Below, piece by piece: positions 50,251 to 60,612 of a stretch of DNA of 64,000 bases; position 1 is the first letter of the stretch, and every line of letters starts with the position of its first letter. The DNA comes from an uncultured Nitrospiraceae bacterium. Lineage in GTDB: Bacteria; Nitrospirota; Nitrospiria; Nitrospirales; Nitrospiraceae. Both the position numbers and the translations under genes were made by a program. The DNA lies in the NCBI GenBank assembly GCA_963730935.1, contig CAVSTP010000001.1, positions 135,646 through 199,645 of the forward strand. The letters run 5' to 3'. The notes under the pieces were generated by a model. That model was not told where the DNA came from. It saw only the letters and a program-made list of their open reading frames with translations, and did not search any database.

Positions 50251-50735
50251 GGAGTAGTTGCCGAAGCGGATGGTGGTTGGAGAATATTGAGATCCTCAAG
50301 TGCACGGGCGGCCTGCTCGCGATACGCCCGGTCGGTTGGATCGTCATACGTGTTGAGGATGCGTTGATAGGTGGCTCGGGCTTGCGGGTACTGTTTTTTA
50401 ATCGCGAAGTATTGCCCTAGGGCGAGCCAATTGGTTGCGGCAGCTTCATGGGCTGTCTTCATCAAGGCGAATTCCCGTTCCACCGGCGCTGTGCCTTGCA
50501 ATGAAGCGCGTTTCCGGACCGTCCGTCCCATTTCGCCGGCCATCGCTTCGATCTGTTCGTTCTCGCGAATGGCGGATTCAACCCGATTGGCTTTCAGATG
50601 GGTATAGAAGGCTTCGGTATGCTCTTTGATCAGATCCGCGCGTTGCTGGTACGTGTCGTGCGCGCAGGCACTGAAAAACAGACTGGACCCAAGCGTCACC
50701 CCATAGCACCACAGCATCGCGTTGTGACGTCGCAT
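50247..50735 (-). CDS. Lipoprotein with TPR-like helix pair
   Basis: Lipobox FSAC; WLALGQY..ARATYQRIL. Confidence 0.78.
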   Translation of the reverse strand: MRRHNAMLWCYGVTLGSSLFFSACAHDTYQQRADLIKEHTEAFYTHLKANRVESAIRENEQIEAMAGEMGRTVRKRASLQGTAPVEREFALMKTAHEAAATNWLALGQYFAIKKQYPQARATYQRILNTYDDPTDRAYREQAARALEDLNILQPPSASATTP

Positions 50736-50875
50736 GACTCAAACCCCTTTCGACCGGGACGATCGCGGCCCTCATCCTACAGGATCGATCTTGAAAATTC
50801 GACAACCCTGCCAAAGGCATTAGTGACACGTCGATCTCGAGTGTGGTATGTCTTGCACCTCATTTGCCTGCCTTC

Positions 50876-50953
50876 GTCCCCATCGTCTAGCCTGGCCTAG
50901 GACGCCGGCCTTTCAAGCCGGCAACACGGGTTCGAATCCCGTTGGGGACACCA
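50876..50953 (+). tRNA. tRNA-Glu(TTC)
   Basis: GTCCCCA...CTTTCAA loop...GGTTCGAATCC...TGGGGACACCA. Confidence 0.97.
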
Positions 50954-51012
50954 CACTCGGTGACACAAGCGGGGCGGGGAGGAGTTGCAGGTAGGAACCT
51001 TGGCCTGTGACG

Positions 51013-52581
51013 TTATAACCCTTCTTTCCCTCCATCGTCTTCGAATACCTCAAACTGCAGGGGTTGGTCTAAGAGCTTCCGAAGGATCTGTCTGGCCTCG
51101 GTGCGTTGACGGTCCAGAAGGCACTTAGCGTCCGAAATTCGGCTCCTCAGTTCCCGCTTCAGTCGCGTCTCATCCAATGTCACCACATTGGCCGGCATGG
51201 TGAGGCGGTCTAACTCAGCCGCCAACTCTGTCTTGCGCGTTTCTTCGGCCTTCAGCTTGGCGAAGAGCGGTTCCATGTGCTGTCCCTTAGCGATCGCCTC
51301 GACGAGGTTCTTCTCATGGGTCTCGATCAGCGAGAGCTCCCGCTCGATGGTTTGCCGGCGTGCCAGACGGTCGGTATCCCCGGCCCGGAGCTGAAGCAAC
51401 GTCTTTTCGAGTGAAAGCTCGAGGATCCGTTCGTCCAGCGCTTCCCCGATAGCGCTAAGGACCGCCTTGTCGATAAGGCCCTGCTTAATCCGCACGGCGT
51501 TTCTACAAATCGCAGCGCCGCGTTTACGATGATAGGCGCAGCCATAGGTGCGACCCTTGCGGCGAGCGTAGTCCTTGCCGAGTGCTTCGATCGGTCCCCC
51601 GCAGTGCGCACAACGAGCCAATCCACTCAAGAGGTAAGGCGAGTCGACGTCCCGGAAGACCCCCTTTTGCTTGTATTGTTCGCTGAGATACTTCGTGTCC
51701 CGGAATCGCTGTTGGACCGAATGCCACAGCTCCTCTGGCACAATTCTGAGCTCCGCCACATCCACCGTGACCAGCTCTCCGGCAGCGCGCCGGCGCCGTC
51801 TCTTGGTGCCCCCTCGCTCGATCTTTTGCAATTCGCCCCACACGACGGTGCCTCGATACAATGGACGGAGGAGGATTTCTCGAATAGCGGTAGGACACCA
51901 ACCTAGAGAGGTCCGTGGAGCTGGTATCTGTTCCTCATTCAACTGCTTGGCAATCCGGCTGAGGCCCATTCGGTCGTCGAACATGTTGAAGATCCGTCGA
52001 ACAACGGCCGCTTGGTCATCGTTCACAGCCCGGAGAACGTGTAACCGGCGCCCTTCCGTTGAAAGTACTTCGCGATTGTCGTATCCGAAGACTTTTCCGC
52101 CCGTCACATGGCCGGCTTTCGCCTTTCGCAACATCGCGTCAAAGGTCCGCTGTTTCGCGCGCTCGCGTTCCATTTCGGCTGCAAAGCCCGTCAGCGAGAG
52201 CATAACCTTATCCAGCGCGCTGTCTAGCGTCCGCTCGCGATCCTCGAGATAGAAGAATACGCGTACGCTGGCATCCGTTATCTGCTTCAACGCGTACGCC
52301 GTTTCAATTTGCTCACGGCCTAACCGCGATTCTTCGGACATGACGAGGATCTGAAAGAGTGGCCGAGGCTTCAGGGCATTCATGAGACGGATGAAGCCCG
52401 GGCGCTTCACGAATTCGGCGCCTGAGATGCCATCATCGACAAAGACATGTTCATCCGAGACGCGCCAACCCTTCTTGATGGCGTATGCCTTCGCATGTTC
52501 GATCTGCCTAGTCACTGATTTCTCTTCATCTGAGATACCGTTTTGCTCAGTCGATTTCCTCGCATAAATGGCAGCTATCAT
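51013..52581 (-). CDS. Large serine recombinase (resolvase + recombinase + Zn ribbon)
   Basis: YARKS catalytic Ser, DDGISG, RPG, SRLGR, FGY, YLLSGLARCAHCG..C..C, coiled coil; probable frameshift near 51027. Confidence 0.95.
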   Translation of the reverse strand: MIAAIYARKSTEQNGISDEEKSVTRQIEHAKAYAIKKGWRVSDEHVFVDDGISGAEFVKRPGFIRLMNALKPRPLFQILVMSEESRLGREQIETAYALKQITDASVRVFFYLEDRERTLDSALDKVMLSLTGFAAEMERERAKQRTFDAMLRKAKAGHVTGGKVFGYDNREVLSTEGRRLHVLRAVNDDQAAVVRRIFNMFDDRMGLSRIAKQLNEEQIPAPRTSLGWCPTAIREILLRPLYRGTVVWGELQKIERGGTKRRRRRAAGELVTVDVAELRIVPEELWHSVQQRFRDTKYLSEQYKQKGVFRDVDSPYLLSGLARCAHCGGPIEALGKDYARRKGRTYGCAYHRKRGAAICRNAVRIKQGLIDKAVLSAIGEALDERILELSLEKTLLQLRAGDTDRLARRQTIERELSLIETHEKNLVEAIAKGQHMEPLFAKLKAEETRKTELAAELDRLTMPANVVTLDETRLKRELRSRISDAKCLLDRQRTEARQILRKLLDQPLQFEVFEDDGGKEGL

Positions 52582-52595
52582 GCTCCCTCCGATCT

Positions 52596-52793
52596 TTATT
52601 GCACGAGATCCGCTATCGAGACGCCAAGTGCCTTAGCGAGCCTCTGCAGCGTACTCAACTGCGGATCATGCCGCCCAATCTCCAGTCGTCCAATATAGGC
52701 CAAGCTCACTCCTGCCCGTTTCGCGAGATTAGCTTGGGTAAGCCGTTTCTCTTTTCGAAGATTCTTCAGCCGTTTACCGAGGCTATTCCTCAT
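52596..52793 (-). CDS. XRE-family HTH regulator
   Basis: LKNLRKEKRLTQANLAKRAGVSLAYIGRLEIG..P..TLQRLAKALGV. Confidence 0.92.
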   Translation of the reverse strand: MRNSLGKRLKNLRKEKRLTQANLAKRAGVSLAYIGRLEIGRHDPQLSTLQRLAKALGVSIADLVQ

Positions 52794-52798
52794 GCGAA

Positions 52799-52829
52799 AC
52801 TTATGACCTAAAGGTAATATAGTTGTCAA
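52799..52829 (-). promoter_or_regulatory. Promoter with overlapping palindromic operator for xre-recombinase
   Basis: TTGACA-N18-CATAAG; TATGACCT-AA-AGGTAATA imperfect palindrome. Confidence 0.55.
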
Positions 52830-53065
52830 GAGGGGATAGTGCTTCGCGGTAGTTCGCCGATCCCATGTTGCCGAAGATCCTTCACAAGAGCGTCCGCTAA
52901 CACGCTCGCGACTTGATCTACGAGCGTGACCGGCCATGATGAAGAGGCCACGAAGGGGCAATTTACCGTAGCGAGTTCCGCCCGGCGGTTCGTTCTTTTC
53001 GAAGAAGACGGATTGTTACTCATTCGTGCCTGTTCAGCGTGGGGCTGATTCATCTTCTGCTGCAT
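52826..53065 (-). CDS. Small hypothetical protein
   Basis: 79-aa ORF in the co-oriented string; helix DQVASVLADALVKDL. Confidence 0.5.
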   Translation of the reverse strand: MQQKMNQPHAEQARMSNNPSSSKRTNRRAELATVNCPFVASSSWPVTLVDQVASVLADALVKDLRQHGIGELPRSTIPS

Positions 53066-53073
53066 TCATCACT

Positions 53074-53634
53074 TCAGTCCTCTGACTTATCCGTATTCAC
53101 AACGGCTGCTTCCTGCTCTTGCTGTTCCTCAGCAGGCACAGACTGCAGGCCTGTCTTCAGTGCTCTACGCTTGTAAATCGATCCGACTCGATCGTCGATC
53201 ATCCTTGAGAGGGTGCTGATGTTCTGAGTGGACTCGCCTCGCTCGAGGCGCTCCTTGTCGAAGGCCGTTCCTCCCGCGATCGTTGCCGCATTCAAATACC
53301 CCGCTTTTTGAGACGGCGACAATGCGTTGGCAATGGCATCATCCGACAGCTCTGCTCTCATGCGATCAAGGGCGAGGTGTTGCACCTGAACCGCCTTGCC
53401 CTGGAGGTTGGCCATTTCATCGGCCCGGACGCTCTTAAATCGCTCCAGGGCCTGCTGTTCGGGCTTCGTCCGCTCAAGGAACCGCCACACCGTAGAGGGT
53501 GCCACGCCTTGATGCTGAGCGATCTCTTGGGTCGAGAGCCCCTTGGCATGGAGTTCTATAGCCTTCCTTCGGTCCAGCTTCCGGGCCTTGCGCTGAATGC
53601 GTTGGGTGAAACTGGGCTTTCGCGACCGTGCCAT
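53074..53634 (-). CDS. HTH protein, terminase small subunit-like
   Basis: N-terminal HTH (GLSTQEIAQHQGVAPSTVWR), helical middle, GTAFDKERLERGESTQNI. Confidence 0.6.
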   Translation of the reverse strand: MARSRKPSFTQRIQRKARKLDRRKAIELHAKGLSTQEIAQHQGVAPSTVWRFLERTKPEQQALERFKSVRADEMANLQGKAVQVQHLALDRMRAELSDDAIANALSPSQKAGYLNAATIAGGTAFDKERLERGESTQNISTLSRMIDDRVGSIYKRRALKTGLQSVPAEEQQEQEAAVVNTDKSED

Positions 53635-53651
53635 CGGCCAGCGTTCCTTTC

Positions 53652-53784
53652 GTCGTTTAGGTCGTTTTGGTCGTATCCTTTACCTATTCACTGATCCACA
53701 GTTCTTCTCTTCTTTGTGGCACTACGACATTAACGACATAAACGACATATTAAGAATCCCTATGCTTTGGTCGTTTTGGTCGTA
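53652..53784. repeat. 9-bp iteron array, putative replication origin
   Basis: GTCGT cores at 53652/53661/53670, inverted ACGAC at 53724/53733/53742, GTCGT at 53770/53779. Confidence 0.75.
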
Positions 53785-56131
53785 CCAGGAAACCATCGCT
53801 CAATGGGCCTTCCGCCGCCGCTGTCGTGAGTTTCGGACCGGGCGAGTCCTTGCTGTTTCAGGAGAGACAACCCCCTATCGATCTCGTACCCCTTCCGATT
53901 CCGGCCAAACCAGTCCCGAATGTCTGTTCGCGTCATTCCGCCGGCATGCTGGTGGAGCGCATTCATGAGTTCATCGGCGATCGGATCGCCCAGTCTTTCG
54001 CCGAAGATATAGCGAGCAGAGGCCTCACAGTAGTTCCAGAGCGCTAGCGCGGCGCGCAGGTGTTCGGCGCGGATCGATGCGGACTGGTCCAGAAGGGCGT
54101 ACAGACATGAAAGCCGGACCACTTGTGCCTCACTTCGCGAGATAATCGCCCCGAGCAGGCCAGGCTTCCCTTCCGACAGTGTGGGGTATGCCTCGTGCCA
54201 TAACCTTCGCGCCTCGTCGTCGCGTCGGAGTACATTGGTCCCTCGAGCAAATTGGACCGCACGTCCGAGCTGCCGTGTGACAGGGGTGAAATCGACGGTA
54301 TCCAGCCGGCCGCCTTCTGGAAGGCATTTAGACCGCTCGACACAAGCCCACAGGAAACGGTTACAGAACCCGTTGGCGGCCTCCGTCGTATTCAAGAGGC
54401 GCGAGAGTTCATCCTTGGTGATGTGTCCCAGGATTGAGATGTGTGCACCGGTGGCTTTTACCGAGCTATTCTTTGTCATGGTCCGAAGGTCACCAGCATC
54501 CCAGGCTTGGCGAATCACTGAAGACAGCGTATTGCCATCACGCTCACTCACGCGAAGCACCGTTGCAAATTCTGATTCCAGAACGAATAGCCGTTTATCC
54601 TCTACGCCCGGGTCGTCGATGACCGTCTGATACTCGCCCATGTGTTTCCCGTTCTTTTTAATTGGCTCCATTTTCTCGTGCGCATCCCTCACCTGGAAAA
54701 TCAGCCCTTCGCCTGAGGAAAGTCCAGAGACCACACGGGTTGTGACCCATCCGCCATCAATCGAACGAAAAAACTCCTTCACATGATCCCAGGATGTCCC
54801 CTTTCTCCCTTTCGATGTGGCACCGACCAGCACCGCGAAGAGATTCATGGCGTGTCGTGTGTGCCCAATTTGAAAGTGTGGTGCACGGTTCAGAGCATTG
54901 CCAAAGGCAAGCAATCCTTGAATTAAGATCGCGACGGGGTCAGCTTCGGTGTGCGGTTCAAGCAAGTGAACGAAGTCGCCCATCACGCCATGCAGCGCAA
55001 GGGGATCGAGTGTTGGACGCTGGGCATAGGAAGGGCATGGCGCCGCCCTTTCTTCAACTTCAAGGCTCGATGGGGCTTGTACGAGCTGGCCATCCACCTC
55101 TTTCCCATTAAAAAAGGCAAAGGCCCGATAGAGCGTCCGCTCGTAATAGTCCTTCCGGAGCTTCAGATCGTCTTTGTGCTTTCGTCGGCAGGCGATCAGA
55201 AGGTTCACGATCTCTTGCGCCGTCCAGTTAGCCGCGAAGGCCCTGGTCGCCAGACTCATATCGTAGGAGGAGGCGGATTGATCCTGGAGATCCGTTCGCG
55301 CATGCTCCCATGAGACTTTGAATTTGAGATCGATTTCACAAAGACGGAGGAACTTTTCGGCTGGAGGTTCGGCGTCGGCATTGATGACAAACACGAACGG
55401 AACGGTCGGAGAGCAGGGTGCGAGTCCAGCAATGCCGTTTGCGACGAGATAGGGTTCTAAATCTGAGGGGTCGTAACGTCGGCCATCGTCGCAGTGCAGG
55501 AGCCGTGTCGGGCAGGGCGGTTGTTCCCCTTTCCGATTCCAGGTACCCGGTAATCTCATGATTCGTGCCAAGTCGCCGACTTGATCCGCATCCCAGCCCT
55601 GCTCCTTTGCCCTTGCACGGAGCGTGTCACACCATCCCTTCGTCAGGACTTCGGCTTTCAATCGGTCTTCATCGCTGTCGAACACCCAAGGTTCTCGAAA
55701 GAGCCACCATGCATGAAAGCCGTGGCCACTGTGGATTAATAGGGTCGGCGGGGTCCGAGTTCTCGGAGCAATTCCAACGCAGTATCCTGAGTCGGCGGTA
55801 AGTTTTTCTTTTTATGCCCGTCACCAAAGTCGAGATCGACCCAAACTCCCGGAATTGCTGTCACAGCTTCACTAAGGCCTCGCTGTGCTGGACCTAAATT
55901 CTCACCCCCGGAGACCGCAACCGATGTATACGTTTTCCACTTCTGCCCAGGTGAGCAAGTGGCCGATGAGATCGTCTGTGATGCCGTTTGCCCAAAACGA
56001 CTTCTCAGAGGGGAGCCCATAGAATGAAGCCCACTGTCCCAGGAGCCCATCCGGCCAGAGTGTGCGCAGAAAAAATTCGAGCGCTGGGCGGCCAATGAGG
56101 GGGCTTGATGCATCACTGCAGCCGTGATCAT
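53760..56131 (-). CDS. RepB-like primase fused to DUF3987 helicase-like domain (about 3 frameshifts)
   Basis: VWVDLD, IHSGHGFHAWW, DLARIMRLPGTWN, GATSKGRKGT, SSGEGL, NGFCNRF; indels near 56100, 55910 and 55750. Confidence 0.82.
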
Positions 56132-56382
56132 GCCGCTGTTTCCTCATTCTCGCATTCAATCCCAGGCCTGATCTCTCCGCAATAGGTAGTCAGCGTTGCC
56201 AGTCCGAGACATTCTGCGTCATTGATGGCTCTCTCGATTAGGACGTCACCCCAATCGAACCATTCGCGTACTAAGGCATAAAAGTATTGATCTAGGGTGA
56301 CGGACATTCCTGCAGGGAGATCCCGCGTCTCTACTGCCAGGCGCTCAATGAGAGCGTGAGCTCTCACTCGAAGACGAGGCAT
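56128..56382 (-). CDS. Hypothetical protein
   Basis: 84 aa, ATGA-coupled to the primase. Confidence 0.5.
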   Translation of the reverse strand: MPRLRVRAHALIERLAVETRDLPAGMSVTLDQYFYALVREWFDWGDVLIERAINDAECLGLATLTTYCGEIRPGIECENEETAA

Positions 56383-56471
56383 AATTTGTTTTTCGACTCT
56401 CGCTTAGATATGTTTTTCATCACACGGTTCTCCTTTTAAGACCCAATTCGGTTGCGGCCAGCTGGGCTTTG

Positions 56472-56714
56472 TTATTGTTGACATCCGCCTCCATCACGCA
56501 CTGAACCAACCAGTGACCGAGATCGAATGGCAGAACGAAACAGCGTTGAGGCCTGTGCACCTACTGCTTCTGCTAAACGAGCCCTTTCCTCCGCTGTTGG
56601 ATCTATGAGGCCACGCTCGATCATCGAATAGCGGCCCTGACTCATACCGCTTCCACGACTGAGTTCCCACTGGCTCAACCCTTTTGACATGCGGAAAAGT
56701 TTGATTTTGAGCAT
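56472..56714 (-). CDS. XRE/Cro-like HTH protein
   Basis: RMSKGLSQWELSRGSGMSQGRYSMIERG; GGAG SD. Confidence 0.85.
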   Translation of the reverse strand: MLKIKLFRMSKGLSQWELSRGSGMSQGRYSMIERGLIDPTAEERARLAEAVGAQASTLFRSAIRSRSLVGSVRDGGGCQQ

Positions 56715-56839
56715 TGCAGCTCTCCCTGGTTGTGATGCTTCATCAAGCACCCCCCGACTATCGCATAGCTAGAAAGGTGCACATCTGGCACCTTAGCATT
56801 CATCAGAATTGCTACCTAGGTAGTGCAGTTCAGTGGAGG

Positions 56840-57620
56840 CTAGCGAATCAACGTTTTGGAGTAGAGCCGGCGACGAATAGTGCTAAATGACAATCCGTGG
56901 TAGTGGGCCAAGAATTGAAGAGACACTGCAACAGATCCGGTGCTGTGATGCCCATTTGGCGAGTAGATCATCAGAAGGGAGAGATGTCTCTCGTTCGCAG
57001 TCAAGCGACGGACAGCGAGTGATCCGGTTGAGTCCGACCAGAATTCGGCGAGACCGCTGCCAAGCCACTTGAGTCGAGGTCTCAGCGAATCGCCTGAATA
57101 GTTTGTGAGTTCTTGTAATATCCACCTTGATTCATGACGAAGGATGATCGGGCTGGGGTGTTTAAACAGAGTTGCGATAATAGACAGGGTATCATTGGCA
57201 AATCGGCCGACTTCCTCATTGCTATAAGTTCGCTCCCTGATAGGCCTTGGTCCTATGTTTGTTTCAACGTATGCCAGTAAACACTCTTCAAGGATATCTA
57301 AATGAAATCGCTCAGCCTTTTGGCGGGTCGCCGGTTGAGTAAAATAAATCAGTATTCCCCGAAGTACTCCACGGAAAAGTTTAGAGGGATATTACAGCTC
57401 CTTGGTAGCGCTGTGTATGCTGACGCCTGTACGCGTCGAGTTTCTCAGCCACACGCTCATCAATTGATGAGCCTGTCTGTTGTCTTTTCATCCTCCTCCT
57501 GTCGGCTGCTGGCCAGGAACTGTGGGCAGCGCCAGTATATTTGGAGTTGAATTTCTACATGAGCTTGGAAGGCTGTGTGTCGCGGCGGTCTCGTTAAACG
57601 TAGAAATGTAACCCAGGTCG
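56840..57620 (-). pseudogene. Frameshifted hypothetical protein
   Basis: Long open stretches joined by indels, ending ...FLAHYHGLSFSTIRRRLYSKTLIR. Confidence 0.35.
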
Positions 57621-57669
57621 GCCACCTAACACGTTTTACGAGATTACGATCGCTTGTCGGTTGCAGTTC

Positions 57670-59170
57670 CTTTTTCTTTACGCGCCCAGACCGTTTCCGC
57701 CTTGAGCGTTCGCTGTCAGCTGTCGCTCTTAAAGCCGCGATACGCGCGAGCAGTGCCGCTGCGCTCTCGTAGTCACGTCCCTCCCGACGAGCCAGCTCGG
57801 CCTCGAGCGGTACAAGCTCACCACGGAACACCTGTGCAAGTATCGCTTGCCTCACCTTGTCACCGAACTCCGTGCCGTGGGCAAGGCGACTTCAATGCCG
57901 TCGGCCAAGGTGTTGAGGGCCTCTACTCGTCTTATGATCTCTTTCTGCTACCTAGAGAGGGGGGAGTGCGATAACCATCTCTCGCACATTGTCCAGGTTC
58001 AGCCCGGGCTTTCCAGCGCCGTAAGCGGCTTCGAGTAGTTGTGCGCGTCCATGAGAAGGACCAATGGTCCACAGGTGTAGCCAATGGGCAAGCTCTGTCA
58101 ATGCCGGTCGGACCAAGGCCACATGCTGGCTGACATAGCCTTCTTTGATTGGACAGTTCACCACGGCCGCCTTCGTCACGTTAGCACCCGTAATAGTGAT
58201 GAGAATGTCGTTTTCCTTCACTCTCGTACGGGTACCTTCTGCACCTGCTGGTGGCTTCACGCGTGCAACGGCGTTAAGTAAAAGTCTATCCGTGTTGATG
58301 TCTTGCGCCCGGATGAAGACTGCCCCTTTGTCCGAGTAGTACTTTGCCCACCCGCGTGAGCCGCTCGTAATCAGGCTGCTGATCTGATCACAGCTCACAA
58401 CACACCATGTTGCCGGATAGTCCAAATCGATGCGGGCCGGTTTTTTCGCTTCTCGCAATCCTTCCTTGGCTCTAGCCTTAAGCGCCCGCTCGAAAAGCAG
58501 AAACGCAGATTCTGACTCAAGAGCGGACTTGCGCCAATCCTCAGTCAACCGACCTGAGCAAGCGGTCGCAATGACCGCCTGTCGCAACCGCTGTAGGATG
58601 AATTGCACCTTCGTCAGATGATTGCGGGCTATGCTTCACGCGAGTGAGCAGGGCGTTGGCCTTGTCAACGATGCGATGCTGCTCTTCAAGAGGCGCAACC
58701 GGGACGTTAAACGAGCTAACGTCAGCAAGCGAAATATTGTTCATCCCTCCGCCACGAGCTTTTTGATCGACGGCATGACGCCCGATCTCAGAATCGAGTA
58801 CGAGCCGAAGGTAGCGAACATCGAGCACTTGATCAGTCCCACGGATAATTGCGAGAGCTTGGTTCGTATTCGCTGGCAGGTCCTCAGGACTAACCACGCA
58901 GCTCTCCCCAAGAGTGCCTGCGATGGAAAGCAATACCTCGCCTGCACGGAGAATTGAGCGAGCTTGAGCTTTATGTGCTTCTGCGGAGATGAAGTCTCGC
59001 AGAGTTAAGTGGTCAATCTTACCATTTCGAAGGTTCTCGACCTTCACAAAACGGATGCCTTCTTTCTGAAACTTGAAGCCGTAGGAGGTTGGAGTTGCAC
59101 CTTTCGTAATCCGGTCTGCGAGAGAACCGAGCCTCTCTGCTACCCAGCCTTCAGGCAAGACGTCACTCAT
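57670..59170 (-). CDS. hsdS: Type I RM specificity subunit (frameshifted; 3' end approximate)
   Basis: LPEGW, two TRDs, PVAPLEEQHRIV, RQAVI..SGRLT, RQAILAQVFRGELVP. Confidence 0.88.
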
Positions 59171-60612
59171 TTCGTTGCCATTTTGTGCTCAGATCCACCG
59201 TTCTCCAGCATCCGCAGAACATCATTCAACTCGTTCACCGCCTCTTCCAACTCCTCGATGGCGTCCGTCGCCAGCTCCTCGGGCTCCGGCAGCTCGTCGG
59301 CGTCTTCGAGCGACTCCTCCTTGAGCCACTTGAAGCCGTCGAGCTTGAACTCGCGCTCCTTGACCTCGGCGATGTGGAAGCTGCGCCAGCGGTCCTCCTT
59401 CGAGTCGGACGGCTTTGCGCTTCGCCTTGCCGTTCGGGTCCGCGCCGAAGCACTTCTCGAACTCCGCGAAGTGCGCCGGCGTGAGCGGCCGGTCCTTCTT
59501 CGTGATGCCGGGCACGTTGGTGCGCGCGTCGTAGATCCAGACGGTCTCGGTCGGCGTAGCCCTTGGTGAAGAAGACGACGTTCGCCTTCACGCCCTGGCT
59601 GTACGGCGTGAACGTGCCGCGCGGCAGCCGCAGCACGGTGTGCAGGTCGCAGTCCTCGGTCAGCGATCTTGAACACCTCGCCCGCCTGGTCGGCGAACAG
59701 GCAGTTGTCCGGCAGCACCACGGCGGCGCGGCCGCCGGGCTTCAGGATCGTCAGGACGTGCTGCAGGAAGTTGAGCTGCTTGTTCGAGGTCGCGACGGTG
59801 AAGTCGTCGCGCTCCGGGGCCTGGTTCGCCCCCTTGGTGCCGAACGGCGGGTTCGTCAGCACCACGTCGAAGCGGTCGCTCGACGGCGGCTCGTAGATCG
59901 AGTCGCCGAGCCTGATGTGCGGCTCGATCCCGTGCAGGTACAGGTTCATCAGCGCCAGCCGGCGCGGCCGCGGCGACCAGGTCCTGGCCGAAGTAGGTAC
60001 CTGCGTCTTGACCCGCTTGGCCATGTCGCGATCGAGCGCGCCCTTGGTCTCGCGCGATCAGCCACTCGTAGGCGGCGACGAGGAAGCCGCCGGTGCCGCA
60101 CGGCCGGGTCGCAGATGGTGAAGTCGGCGTGCCTCGCGGGTCGGGCTTCATGCAGCGGACGATGGACTGGATGAGGACGCGCGGCGTGAAGTACTGCCCC
60201 GCGCCCTTCTTCCCTTCGCTCGCCGCCTTCTCCAGCAGCCCCTCGTAGGCTGCGGCCTTCACGTCCACGCCGAGGGCGTCCACTCCGTCTCGTCGATGAG
60301 AGTCGACGAGCTTCTTGAGGTTGACCGGGTTGTTGAAGCGCGACTGCGCGCCCGCGTAGATGTCGCCGAGGATGCCCGGCGTCTTGCCGAGCTTGCGAAG
60401 CACCTCGACGTAGTGGTCGGTCAGGTCGGTGCCGCTCTTGTCGCGCGAGCGTCGGCCAGTCGCATATCCCTTCGGGCAGATCGATGCCTCGTCTCGTCGG
60501 CCATCTTGAGGAACAGCAGGTAGGTGATCTGCTCGATGTAGTCGCCGTAGTCGATGCCGTCGTGGCGAAGGGTGTGGCAGAAGCCCCAGAGTTTCTGAAC
60601 GACGTCGGTCAT
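59167..60612 (-). CDS. hsdM: Type I RM N6-adenine methyltransferase (multiple indels)
   Basis: MTDVVQKLWGFCHTLRHDG, GQYFTPR, CGTGGFL, NPPF, LPEPEEL. Confidence 0.9.

Noticed and set aside
53652..53784. CRISPR array
   Set aside because: 9-bp units without unique spacers; no cas genes or CRISPR-like array seen anywhere in the window
55736..56131. Programmed frameshifting or phase variation in the primase
   Set aside because: Indels sit in short homopolymers and affect all neighbouring genes, so sequencing error is more parsimonious
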